A stretch of DNA of 59,879 bases, counting the filler, from Sphacelaria rigidula (Eukaryota): assembly GCA_964200075.2 (NCBI GenBank). It is 9 parts of 9 records of this genome, joined end to end, with 100 filler letters (N's around TTAATTAATTAA, not from the genome) between each part and the next. Parts side by side here need not be neighbours in the genome. Positions count along the whole stretch, not along the records: positions 33,325 to 39,888 come from CAXNAA020019322.1; positions 39,989 to 46,552 come from CAXNAA020019323.1; positions 46,653 to 53,216 come from CAXNAA020019324.1; 6 more parts are not named here. One strand, given 5' to 3'. Under the pieces are notes generated by a model that saw only the letters and a program-made list of their open reading frames with translations, did not search any database and was not told the DNA's origin. Of the stretch, positions 36,124 to 48,344 are shown piece by piece; position 1 is the stretch's first letter; each line of letters begins with the position of its first letter. The position numbers were made by a program, and so were the translations under genes.

Positions 36124-36496
36124 TTTTGTCAGACAGAGTGGGTACGAGCTAGGCCGGCCTCGAAAGTGGAATTCCATTTACCACACATATCTCGAGAACC
36201 GCGGCACTTCGCAAAGTGAACGTATCCATGTCATCGGTATATGGCCACGCGTGTGGTTGATACAAGGGAAAACGTGTTGCCCCAAAATATACTCTAACCC
36301 CAACCCTAACCCATGCGTATAAATGGAGGCCGTTTTTGTGCTCTAAACGCTGCTGATCGTGTTGTTGTTGGGCCCCTCTTGTTGCAATATGTTGTGCCAA
36401 TATTTTAACGTGGTTCTTTCTCATGTGCGGATATCATATTCACACTAATAAATCTCGGCAACGAAGCGGAGAATTGAACTGCGGTTTGTTGCGTGC
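36124..36496 (+). repeat. Direct repeat, copy 2
   Basis: Aligns with 34206-34522. Confidence 0.85.
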
Positions 36497-36966
36497 GCTG
36501 TCCACACAACCAATCTACGTTGCGTCGTTACGCGATTGCGTTCGCACGTGATACTAAGCCGCACCATACTAAAATGTACACGAACGTTTTTATTTCATAT
36601 TTTGGGGCTCTTCGAGTCCGCTGTACCGAATTGAGCAAAGAGGTAACGGCTTGATCTACCTAGCTGTTGTGTGTACGCGGGGGACTGTGCAATGCCGCGG
36701 GCCGGCTTGCTTCCCGTGTCGAGAAACTCGCGATAAAAAGTGCTATCGCTGTCGTATACCCAACCAAGTTGATGAGGGATTTAAGCGGGTGTTTTTTTCG
36801 TGTTCTGCTCGGCAGAGGTGCCATCATAGCTGCCATACGTGGCACAATCGCCGGCACTTCCTTCCTGCCAAATGTTCGAGCACGGGCTGTACTTTATGGG
36901 GTACACTCTCTGCACACGATATTTCTTCTCTCACTTCATCGGTACACGACTGTTATTTGTTCTTGT

Positions 36967-37158
36967 GACAATACACCCCTCCCCTTCCTAAAGACGAGTC
37001 CGTTGTCTTGAGGGATTGACCCATCTTTTCCTGATGTCCTCACCCTTCCGACGGTGTAATCATATTTCTGGAAATAAATAAAGTGTGTCTCGTGGGAATC
37101 GAACCCACATTCTCTTTACCCTCACGATGGTAGTCTGACCATTGTACCACCGGGGCAC
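36967..37158 (-). mobile_element. SINE family B, internally deleted copy with intact tRNA-like head
   Basis: Minus strand GTGCCCCGGTGGTACAATGG...GGGTTCGATTCCCACGAGACAC (A and B boxes) plus the family 3' segment. Confidence 0.75.
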
Positions 37159-37185
37159 TTTATTCGTGCTAAAACACTCGAACGA

Positions 37186-37452
37186 TGCGTGCCTCAATTT
37201 TTCGAATCTCGGGGTGAAATATTGACGACAGAAAAAACGCACTCAGGCCTACCCTACCCTACTCTCGGGTCATATATAGAGAGAGAGGAAGAGAGAGAGA
37301 GAGATTTTCTTGCCCACTTTGAGATATTTGAATCGTCCAAAGTGAGTGTTGGGAAGAAAGAATATGAAGCCGATGGAGTGACGCGGTGGGCCCAAGTCTT
37401 GTTCCTCTGGTGTCAAAATTTCACCGCGAGACTCGAAAACTCGAGCCGCGCG
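37186..37452. mobile_element. Putative ~270-bp MITE with ~65-bp imperfect inverted arms
   Basis: TTTTCGAATCTCGGGGTGAAATATTGAC pairs with GTCAAAATTTCACCGCGAGACTCGAAAA. Confidence 0.65.
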
Positions 37453-39888
37453 TAGCCTGTGGACTGTTGCCACAGAGCTCTGACCGGCCCAGCTCGTATT
37501 TCCCCTGCTTCCGTGTATACGTTTGCGTCCTGTTTTTGACCCAAAGACTCAGATGGTGCAGCGGAGGAATTGTCTGCTGTACGTGCACATACCATTAACC
37601 TCCATTACGCTGGCAGACCCGAAAACGCCATTTAAAAATCCTCTAGACAACAAATGTGAACGGGTAAAATGGTGTCTCTCTTGGAACACAGGTTGTCGAG
37701 GAGCCAGGAGTATCTCATATCCCATAATATCAGTTCTCTCCGACTCGTATAATCATACATGAAAGAAGTGTATCGAAGTATCGGAGAAGTATCAACGACA
37801 GGAGCGTATCTTGGCGCAATTCGACCGCATGGAAAGGAGCGTTCGCTCACCACCTATACTGAACCGTTGCTCTGTCAGATTCGTACACATCACAGCTGTT
37901 CTTGTCTTTCGTTTTGGATTATATCTCACGAATACCGCCCTCCTACTATATAAAAGAACGTGCTGGCTATCCTTGTTCCCCAGAAATTTGACGAGCGCAA
38001 TCGGAGGAAGCGCGCACTAACGTAGCAGGGTTCGGACGAATCATCGCCGGTCCGAATCACCAAATCCACAATTTTGCAGGCCTGATTGCTCGAAAGAAGA
38101 AAAAGCTGACCGCTGGTGAAAAAGGTCTCCACGCAATTTTCGCGCTATTCCACGCGTCTGTGCTGCGCGTACCTGGTTTGCAAAGCTGAAAACAAAACCT
38201 AAGGACCCCAACCCTAAAGGCCTAACGCTTCGTACGGCTCGAATCGATTACACTGAAATCAAGTAATTTCCAGACCGATCATTAGTTCGTCCCACCCGGT
38301 TTCGATGCGCATACTCGTTGTCCGCACTGTACGCTTGAGCAGTGTGTGTTTTTTATTTGTCACAGAGTATATCCCTTCCATTTTCTCCCTCGGAAGGAGT
38401 TGGTGGCGTCAAGGTGACAGCCCTCGACCCCCTTCCTCGGAACGAGTCTGTGCTGTGAAGCGGCCAACCCCCTTCCCCCTTTTTCGGGGCGAGTCCGCAG
38501 AGTGAGAGGACAGAACGATCTCTCCGTGGTACACGCCGTATGTGGTTGCGTGCATATTTTTGGGGTGAAACGAGCAGTCTTCGAAAATGTTTGAAATCGT
38601 TCTGCAAACGGTGAGCACATGTTGAGGGTCATTCTCCACAATGCCAGTTTGGTGACTTTGTGCGGATGATACGTGACCATCTCGAACATCAGTGTCATTG
38701 ATTTTCTTCAATTTGGGTGGCCGGGTCCTCAAATTTGGACGCACGACTCGTGTGAAGCCTTTATTCACGGCGGAGACTGCGTCTCTTGTCCGTTGCAATT
38801 TTTGTACATGTTTTTCCTCGTCTGGACAGTCCTTGTCGCCCTGGTCCACGGTTATTGCACGGGTATCAAGTTTTGAGGAGAAAACGGGGAGATTGTAGAA
38901 GTCACTCGTCGGGGCAACACATCGCTCTTGAATTATCGAAATTGTGCACTGTTGAAAATCTCTAGTGGCATTTCAGCGACGACCAGGAGTGCATGCGCTT
39001 TTATCCCCATGAAGTAGCTAAGAGTTTCGAAAACTCGTTTTTCTGTCAGGTCAACTTTCGGTCCGGCTTGTAATAGGGAAAGGTACTCTTGCTCGTGACG
39101 AAAACGTCGCCGCAAATTTCCTCAATTGTTGGAACTTTCCAACAAAAAAGGGTCATAGCCATGACAAGTGCGTTTCCCCTGTGATTTGACGGCGCAGCCC
39201 AGTGACATTTACATTCTTCGGTGCCTCCGTCATGAAAAATGGTTGTGACACACATGACCGTGCACCGACGATCATCAGCATATTCGCAGCCAGTGTGATG
39301 GATTTCTATTACTGACGAGCAAACAGACTGGTGGCGCACATCCTCCGCCAAGAAATAATACTCCCGCACAAACGGATCAAAATCGATAAACCCTTCGACC
39401 GGGATGCTTCATCTCCTGTTGAAGTGACAATTTTGCTCGAGGAATGAAGACCAGGCCTAGGAGGTGGCGCGTACAGCGCTCGCTAGTGCAATTCAGTTTT
39501 AGTCATTTGCTTATATCAGGCTGTCAAATAGGAGCAAGCATAGCCTAGTCTTCGCATCCTTCAGATCCACCGTTTGTTCAGTCGTTCAGTTAGTAGTCAT
39601 GGGACGGAGGTTGGGTCTATTTTTCCCGTCAGTCTGCACGGATTTCAGCATGAAAGAGGGAGATAAGAGCGGGGTAAAGAACAAATGTAACTTCTTTGTG
39701 TGGGTGCGGTGGAGTTTGGGGGTGTTTTCGTTGTTGTCGTTGTTTGGTTTTCGGCAAAAGGGGAGGACAAGATGATTCCAGATGCACCAGGTGACATGTG
39801 TTGGATCTTCATACCGAACGCAGTACTGCCGTTCCTTGCGCGTCTTGGGGCAAGTTGGCAAGTTGGATACATCGTGTGCCCATCTCGG

Positions 39889-39988
39889 NNNNNNNNNNNN
39901 NNNNNNNNNNNNNNNNNNNNNNNNNNNNNNNNTTAATTAATTAANNNNNNNNNNNNNNNNNNNNNNNNNNNNNNNNNNNNNNNNNNNN
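39889..39988. other. Artificial contig-joining spacer
   Basis: 44 N + TTAATTAATTAA + 44 N. Confidence 0.99.
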
Positions 39989-40038
39989 CCCCCCCCGCGC
40001 CCCCTTCCGCCTTCGGTGGGTCGTTCCTTCGCGCCGGT

Positions 40039-40075
<37 letters not shown>

Positions 40076-40365
40076 GTTACTCAAAAGCACGTCGGGTACC
40101 TTGGGGCCCTCGCTTTCATGGCGGTATGCAGAAGAGCAAAGCGGAATATGAGCGACTTCAGGAAGTGGACCTCAGGCTTGGATTAAGTGGATTGAGCCCC
40201 ACCTTCTAGAGGAGGAGCAATGGTACAAGACGACTTCCATCGCCATACATCGAGGGTCCTGCCTTCAAACGGATCGCCTCAGCGCGGAAAACATTACCGT
40301 AGTACAGCAGTCGCAACCATTTTTGCGCGCGGGGGCGGGAGAAGGCAGACAAATGTGATTCTCAC

Positions 40366-40602
40366 CCTCCTTCTCTATCTTAGCCTTCCCGATGGGCACG
40401 AGGAAGTCTTCCCCTTGCGCCTCGTCTGACATCGGGAACTGCACGCCGTACAGGAGCTCGTTCTCCAACACCACAACGGGGTTGGGATCACGAATGGCAG
40501 CCTTGATGAGCCCCTTCGCGTCCTCGCTGGACCACGGCGCCACCACCTTCAAGGCGGGGATGGAGGAATACCACGCCGCGAAGCACTGAGAGTGCTGCGC
40601 CC
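40366..40602 (-). CDS. PDHB: Pyruvate dehydrogenase E1 beta subunit (mitochondrial type), internal exon
   Basis: (G)[52 protein letters not shown]...[11 protein letters not shown]; acceptor CACAG|GG and donor G|GTGAG, both phase 1. Confidence 0.95.
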
Positions 40603-42236
40603 CTGTGGAAATTGGGAGGGGGGGGGCGGGGGGGGTAGACAGTCTCATGTTTTGGCACGTTACTCAACACTGGCAGAAATACGACCCGACCACTCTTGCA
40701 CGCCACAGCCAGTACAAGACAAGACCTGCAATCATGTATCAGCGATCTTCAATACAGGGAGAGAAGTAAGTATACCCTAGTACTGTACCCAGTGACGCTG
40801 ACCTTTTCGGAAGCGAAGCAGTCTAACAGGATGCATGATCAACACGACTCTATCTTTGTCAGACGAACAATCGTAAAACGAGTACGATACAGTGTGCACT
40901 CAGGAACATAGTTTCACGTCAATGAATATGGGGTTGAGGGCTGCGGGGCGGCGGCGGCGGCGGCGGCGGCGGCGGGGGGGAGGGGGGGGGAGCATCAGCA
41001 GAAAATCGTTCAAAAATTTTCGACTACAAGTAGAGAATATCTCGTCTACAATGACCAACTCCTTCGAGAATGAACTCGAAGGGTAGATATACCAAAAGTG
41101 GGAATAGCATAGCTCGTTCATGTAAAAACTCCCCTTGGGCGCTAGACCCCACTCAGACGAACCCCCACATCAAACTTTTCTCTTTCTGCCTCCCGGCAAA
41201 GATACGAAGTACGACATTTTCCGGGCGACCTCATGACGGAAGTCGATATCTGCTTGAATGCCAACATTAACCAAGACGAGGGCACGAAAATCTAGCCCAG
41301 CAACATGCACACATCACATTTTAGCGCCCCTCACAGCCGCGCCCCGGGTCCGAGTTCCGACAATGCGTCTGTTACGGGGAAACATAGATATCAACCCTTT
41401 TGAGAGCGTTGATGGGAAAGTGACCATTTACATTTGACGTTCTCTTGGGGAAGATATGGTTGTTCTTCTGCAACTGTTGATGATGAAACCAGCCCACCAA
41501 AACGATGAACCACTCTAGGTTCAAGTACACTGACGTGACTGACTCGTGCACCGAACCCAAAGTGACGATATTCCGGCGACAAAAGCTCGCATATGGGAGT
41601 TTTGAGTTTGTACTGTTTTCCGCGAGTTCCAAAAGGGTACATAGAAGGAGTATTACAAAGAATACTAGCCAGGATTGGAGGGACACCGACACAAAAAATT
41701 CACGAATTGGGCTCTAACTTCAACCTCTTGTCTGCATACTTCGTATATATATATATATTGTCGCTGGCCGTTCTGACCGCGGAGACCTTTCCGTTCATTC
41801 CAGCTCTCGTTTGTCGAAGTCGACCAATAAATGCTTGAGGAACGTCCGTTCATTTTCTTTCATTATTGCAATTACATGTCAAAGCTCCACTGCTGCAGTA
41901 AGTCCATCGTACACCCCAGAGTTTAATTCATCGCGGTCAACCGACGTTCAACCAAACTGCCCAACAGCGGGAATGCATGCTGATCCACCTGTAACGAAAA
42001 GCTGTAGACAACTGTTCAGAGACAAATAACACAGGGTATTTCACCACGGAATGCACGCGTATCTCAACCTGCAATAAGCTGAAGAAAAATCTATCCGCCT
42101 GCAGCAAAAGCAAACTATATATATATATATATTGCACACCCTGGACAAGATTGGTCAATAGATGCAATATATAAAGTATGTACTGGATAAAGTATAGGCA
42201 TATTGCAACTATTGACGGCCATCAATAGTTGCACTA

Positions 42237-43768
42237 CAGGCTGGTTCACGCTGAAACCCCCAAAATCTGTCATCAGCAAGTGTCTTCCGCAATACGCGCC
42301 CAATAGCCGCATACATGGTATCATACTGACCGCGATGAACAACAGACGAGTAGGGTGACAGCCGGATTTTTGTTGAAGGCTAAAGCGGTGGGGCTATGGA
42401 CAAAAATGTGCCTTGACCAATCAACGCCTTTCAAATTGTTTTGAAACTGAAAATACGAATTCCAAGCCCAATTTCGACCGAATCTCCACATGCTTCAAAT
42501 CGTAGTAACCGTCATCAGCTCAGGAATCCAACGGGAGAAATAGATTTGAACACGGTTCCAACGGGGTCGAATCATGCCCGAAACCATCATGTTTCGGTGA
42601 GGTGGAGTTTGGGCGTCGTCTAATTTCCTCTCATGATATGCACGAAAGACCCGGGGAGCCTCGTAACGATTTCCCCTGTAGGTGGTGTAGAAATGCTTAG
42701 ATCATCCTCAAACTTGGCAGTTCCGTATGTATTGATGCTCCAAATGGAAAAAACGTGTTCTTGGCAAGATTTCAATGTTTCTCCGTTCCCCACCGGCTTC
42801 CGGGGGTCCCAGTATAAAGACCCACGGAAGGCGGTACAGAGTGCCTCGAGAGAAAATAGAATAACTTTGTGCGTCCTGGGATAGTCCAAGGAGCACATGT
42901 GCAAAGTTTGGTCGAAAAACTCTACAATCTCATACGAGTACATTCTTTCTTGCCTTGACGTGGAAGTCACCCAGAAAAGACGTTTTTATACTAAAACCAA
43001 GTAGATGGAAGTTATCGCGGTTGAAGCTCACGTCCTCGCACAAACACGCACAGCTTCACGCAGTTACTAGGAGATACATCCTGAAACTTCGCACACATGT
43101 GCTATGGTTCACTATGCAAGTTTCGATCGACGACGTTATTCTGGTTCTTGACTTTTTTACCGTTTTTCGGGGGTCCGATGGGATCCAAGTCGTTTTTAGA
43201 AGTCGTCTCCATTTTGGGACCCCGGAACACCGCCACTACGATATCTATATATATTTAGCAAACGCCCTGTCGTTGCGAAACCCAAGGAAGAAACCCACAA
43301 AGTTTTGTGGCCGAACTTCATTGATGCTTGAATTTTCATGTTCACGTCAAACAAGGCCCAAAGACGCCATTTTCTTACTAGAATCTAGTAGTTTGCGGTT
43401 TCACCGTGGCACGGCTAGGTTCATCGCACAAGCGCGAAAAACTTAACGCCGTTTCAAGGAGTTAGACCCTGAAATCTTGAACAAATGCGCCATGGGTAAC
43501 TGCGCGAATATGGATGAACGAGGGTTTTTTCGATTTTTTCCTCGTTTCAGCGTTTTACGGGGGTCCCGACTGGATCGAATTTCCCCCGAAAAAACCGGTG
43601 GCCCCGAAAACCGGTGAAAAAGTAGAAGAGTTAAAAAAAAAATTCGACCTTCGATACTGGCGTAATGCCCCATGGCACATCTCTGCAAAATTTCAGGGTC
43701 CAACTCTTCAAAACGGCTTGAGGTTTTGCCGATGAGCGTTTTCTGGGTCTTTCCCGTGAACCAGCCTG
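42237..43768. mobile_element. 1.5-kb non-autonomous Tc1/mariner-type element inside the PDHB intron
   Basis: TA|CAGGCTGGTTCACG ... CGTGAACCAGCCTG|TA: perfect 14-bp TIR extending imperfectly, with TA target duplication; no transposase ORF. Confidence 0.8.
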
Positions 43769-43995
43769 TAGGTCTTCACTTCACCCGGTACACTTCTTGT
43801 CTACTGCATCCGTTGACCATACTATTTTGTCCCGGGTGTGATGTATTGCCTCGAAACGAACACCGTATTTTATGGCAGGATACATGCGTATACGTATCCA
43901 CGTGCAACAAAACAGGGATGCTCCTCCGAAATTAAATGTGGGAAACTGTTCCGAAATGACGATATACTGTGGCGAAATTGGAATACGCAGGCACC

Positions 43996-44364
43996 GTCCC
44001 CGGTGGCTCAGTTGGTAACCTCGGAACCTTCTGACGGTTGGGTCTTCAATTCTCGGAGCGATCTGGGATTTTTTCCTACACCATGCCCAGCAGTGGAGAG
44101 CGGACATGTCGGGGGTACACAAAACTCGACTGAACGACCGACGAGGGAAAGGAACTGCTGAACCCCTTTCGAGATAGAAAAGAAAGGCAAGCACAGGAGA
44201 AGGAAGGTGGGGTACCAAAAACAAATAAAAAAGGAAAAAGCTCCTGTGTTGACCTTCCTCCTGTGTGACCTCGGCTGAAACGCCCACATATACCGGACGG
44301 TGTAGACTGGCGTCCAGAATAGATGGGACGACAACACACACCAACACGCACACACAACACACAC
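43996..44364 (+). mobile_element. tRNA-derived SINE family A, near full length, inside the PDHB intron
   Basis: GTCCCCGGTGGCTCAGTTGGTAA (A box), degraded B box, body aligned to 22128-22482, (CA)n tail. Confidence 0.85.
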
Positions 44365-44504
44365 TGTGAACAAATATTCCAAGTTGATACAATACTGTTT
44401 CGGAATGAAAATACGCATCCAGATGTGGACAACTGTTCTGAAATTAAAAACACACACCCAATGTTCCGAAATGAATAATATTTTGGAATCAAGAAAGTAC
44501 GCAC

Positions 44505-44613
44505 CCACTCCAGCGGCCGCGCCGTTTGGTCCGCGGAATACAACAGGAACGGGGCAGTCTCCCGCCGACATATAAAGCTGCTTGGCCGCCGAATTCACGA
44601 TTTGGTCGATGGC
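44505..44613 (-). CDS. PDHB: Pyruvate dehydrogenase E1 beta subunit, internal exon upstream of 40366-40602
   Basis: [44 protein letters not shown]; donor G|GTGCGT joins in phase to give AAGVGAQHSQ across a 3902-bp intron. Confidence 0.95.
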
Positions 44614-45592
44614 CTGCGCGTTTCGTTTGAACAAATGGTAGACGGCAAACAATTGTGGGCATGTGAACGTTGACCGAGGAGGGGTAGTGGTGACGGTTAA
44701 CCGGGGATTCACTTCATCTTCGCCGCGACGAGGGTTGAAAAGAAGGATGGAAATCAATGTATCAGGACAGAAAAGCAGAGTGTACTTACGGGGCTGTCAG
44801 ATCTGTGTTCAACTACATCTGATGCAGCAATAGAGGAACGCGACAACTTATATTATAATAAGCATTGTAATTGGCTAGGAATATCGATTACACAGTACAG
44901 TGCAGGCGATTTGGTTGGGGTGGATGGGTTGGGACAGATTCTTTTATTCTCTTTCGGAGGAGTTTCGGACAAAGGCAATATAATATTAGCAATGGACTGC
45001 AAAGGGTATACATTCCCATTTTGTGCCCAAGAAAGGTACGAAAAATGCCCAGAAACGCGAAAACAGCCGAACACACCATTTTGACCGTTTTCGCTACGAA
45101 TTGTCACGCACATCATTCGGGGGGGCCATTGGCACCCCGGTCTCAAAAAAGGACGGGAAAAAGTACATGTTACTCGAGAGATATGGCCACGCAAAAACGG
45201 ACGTCTCGCCTTCAGAAACCACTTACCTTTTGTAGGCCAAATATCGCCCAGGTATACCTGATCTGGGAATTCTTTTTCAATCGTACCTTATCTGGGCCAC
45301 CGATCGGCCGAGAACGTACCTGTGCTAGGCCATCGCTCTCTAAACTGTACCTGATGCGGCACATCGCGCGCAAGGGAGTCTACGCGCCAACTCCAACCAT
45401 GGCGCCCACACCTTCGGCTCTTTTCCCGCACATTTGCCGTTCACGGACGCCTCAACGACCACGCCTCCTTCTCCCCGGAAATGGTTCCCAAGTCTCTCCG
45501 CTGTTACTGCTCTGTCCCTAGTTCTCTATGCGTGACGACCAGTATTGTATTCGTTGCTTGAATCAACCATCGATGATGCGAAAATCGCCCGT

Positions 45593-46552
45593 TGGTGGCG
45601 GGAGAGCCTAGCTTAACCCTGACACCAGCCCCGAGATCGCAGAAGTACAACAGTGTTCCATAACCCACCGGATCACAAGAGACCGACGTTCTGTAAGTTG
45701 TGAGTCCACATATTGGAGGTAAGTTTACCACTTGGGATGTTGAGAAATATTTGAGGGACTTATAACTTCGAACAAACTATAACACTAACACTAACACTAA
45801 CCCTAATCCCAACGAAGGTACATCGAGAACCCTCGGGCGAGGGGGTGGAGAGTAGTACATAAGCAAAGGGTGCGTTGCCACACCTCAAATCGGCGCCCCA
45901 GGCGCCGGTTTCGAACAAAACGCGTTCTGCGCAAGCTAGGAGCATGCTTGGAGCGTTGCCCCATTTAAAATCCGGATTTTCGCTGTTCACACTGAATTCA
46001 AGTCGAATTATCTAGGAAATTTCTCACCGTCCGAAGTGGTAAACTCTACTGACATATTGTGTCGATATACGTGATGGGTGTATTGACCCTTGGACCGCGA
46101 GGGTAGTTCATCTCGATCATGCATACTTTTTTCAAGTGAAGTTGATGCCGATTCAACAGATTACCTTTTCTCGCCATCTAAAGGTTGACCGTTGAGCTAC
46201 GAATGTTCATGGTTGATACCACCTGAGAATATCGAGAATCGGATCTTGAGTAGGGCTGACAGACCCGTGTGCTCCTCGCATGCGCAGAACGCGTTTTCGT
46301 TAAAACCGACGCCATAGGCGCCGATTTGGGGTCTACCAAGGCCGCACTTTGCCAAGAGAGTGCTATGTACTGGCCTTGCCCGAAGATTCTCGGTATGCTT
46401 GGGGCTGGGGTGAGGGTTAGGCATCGGCACAATATGTGGACTCACAACTTACAGAACGTCGGTCTCTTGTGATCCGGTGGGTTATGGAACACTGTTGTAC
46501 TTCTGCGATCTCGGGGCTGGTGTCAGGGTTAAGCTAGGCTCTTCCGCCACCA
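45593..46552. repeat. ~960-bp inverted-repeat (foldback) structure reaching the contig end
   Basis: 45593-45715 is the reverse complement of 46430-46552 with one mismatch by eye; ~45868-45946 pairs imperfectly with ~46268-46347. Confidence 0.9.
46083..46188. mobile_element. ~110-bp piggyBac-like MITE, copy 5
   Basis: TTGA|CCCTTGGACCGCGAGGGTAG ... TCGCCATCTAAAGG|TTGA; 4-bp TTGA duplication. Confidence 0.75.
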
Positions 46553-46652
46553 NNNNNNNNNNNNNNNNNNNNNNNNNNNNNNNNNNNNNNNNNNNNTTAA
46601 TTAATTAANNNNNNNNNNNNNNNNNNNNNNNNNNNNNNNNNNNNNNNNNNNN
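46553..46652. other. Artificial contig-joining spacer
   Basis: 44 N + TTAATTAATTAA + 44 N. Confidence 0.99.
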
Positions 46653-46749
46653 GATCTGTTTCGTCATTTACTGCGAGCAACGAGGACCGGTCCTCATGTA
46701 CCTCGGCTATCGATCTCATTGAGCATGGCGGCGGAAGCCGCCGAACCCC

Positions 46750-46936
46750 TTGTATATATATATATATATTGGTACCCTTGGACTGCACACGTATTGCGCG
46801 CCCAGTATATATTGATGTCGTGGGACTGCATACATATTGCCCGCCCAATATATATATATATATATTGGTACCGTGGGGTTGAACATATATTGTCCCATCA
46901 ATATATATAGGGGCAATGTGGGTGACGGCATATTGC
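46750..46936. repeat. Short array of CAATATATATTG-type palindromes
   Basis: Repeated (CAA)TATATATTG cores, including two ATATTGGTACC units. Confidence 0.7.
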
Positions 46937-46959
46937 ACAATCATTCTTTTTATTTCAGC

Positions 46960-47172
46960 CCGGCTATTTCTTGCTTCGCTTTTCTTTTCTTGAGTTTTTG
47001 TTCCTGTATTTTTTTCGCGTCTCAGCCAGCTATGTCGTTCTGTTTGACGTTCTCTGCTCCTTCCTTTTCTTCAGCGAGTGTTTCAGTCTTGTTTTGTCTT
47101 GGGTACGTTTATCATGTGACCACGGCTGGATCATGACCTCTGGGAGATCAGTCAAAGTGCGACAATCAATCA
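46960..47172 (+). mobile_element. Non-LTR retroelement 3' end with TCAA tail
   Basis: Aligns with 18780-18945. Confidence 0.7.
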
Positions 47173-47174
47173 TT

Positions 47175-47625
47175 ATGTACATGTATAATTTCACATTTTC
47201 ACCACTTTTAACGGGTTTTCTCTGGCGGCAAGGCATTTTATCCCGCGCTTTCTTTTGCAGCGCACGAAGAAGGCGCAGCGGTACATTACCGTTCAGGTTT
47301 GGGCGTCATCTGATACCTGTGGTGCGTGTTCTGGCCACCGAAAGTCGTTCAAACTGTCTTTTTTTTGCGGGATGTCGATCCCGAACCGCAAAAGCCTTTT
47401 CAAGATCATGGAAAACTTCAAACAGGAACCCGAGTCACGAAGGATAAGTTCGTTCGAACAGGATAACTTCTGGCGAGGTATTGTTTCACCGTGATTTTCT
47501 TCGCGTTCTCGTTGATTTGGGAGCACGAAGGCAGCGGTTATGCAGCGAATGTCTCGAGAATATGAGAGCAAAGCAGTCGAAAACAATTGAACGTTGCCTT
47601 GGCTTTAGTCAGCAGCAAACACAAG
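47175..47625 (+). repeat. Dispersed ~450-bp repeat, copy 2 (copy 1 at 514-984)
   Basis: Direct alignment with 514-984. Confidence 0.85.
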
Positions 47626-48344
47626 TCGCATGATCTGAGATCTTTTATTATTTAGTTTTGACGTGACGCCTTCAACACCGTCATAACTGATTAGTAAAGT
47701 GGGTCCCAGTTATGCGAACCCAAACAGTTCTCATCGTTCTACCTAGAACAAGACCCACGGATCCTGTCCATAGAAAAATTTTAACCACGAGGAAACTTCC
47801 TCGGGTGTAGGCTAGACTGCTGTAGGAGATTTTGTTGAACTGTCTGTGTACCTTGGGAGTCACAGAGCTATGTTCACTCCCAACCTCAAAGCCGACGCAC
47901 ACGATGCCATCAAGCTCACAGAAAGTGAGCTTGACTGTACACCACACCACAAACTGTAAACAGGTGACGTAGACATAGTCCTGCATGCAGGGCTACACAA
48001 TCTGTAGATGGGTTAGCGTTGGTCTGGTGTGTATGTATGTATATTCGACTTGCGTCAATATATATATTGGATATTTTTCGACAACTCTCGGGAGCAATGC
48101 ACACGATCTTCTGCGGCTTCCTTTAAAGCTTTTCCTAATCTGAACGGACTCTGGCATCAATCGCGTCTAGATCTTTCTCAAAGCTTACACCACACTTGAA
48201 ATATCCATTACATCATGATCGTGAAGTACTGCATGGCAATACAAATTGGGCATGCATTTGCTCCGGGAACAAAACATTCAATACACATTGTGCCTGCCGG
48301 CCGTGTATGTATTAAAGTGTCAATGTACGTTGAGTCGAAGCGAT

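Noticed and set aside
36293..36312. Telomere-like CCCTAA repeats (also ~45776-45810)
   Set aside because: Only two to four degenerate units inside dispersed repeats, not a telomeric array.
38400..39400. Minus-strand ORFs at 38409-38849, 38933-39115 and 39046-39369 as a gene or transposase
   Set aside because: No recognisable motif or consistent splice structure by eye; a frameshift-aware homology search would be needed.
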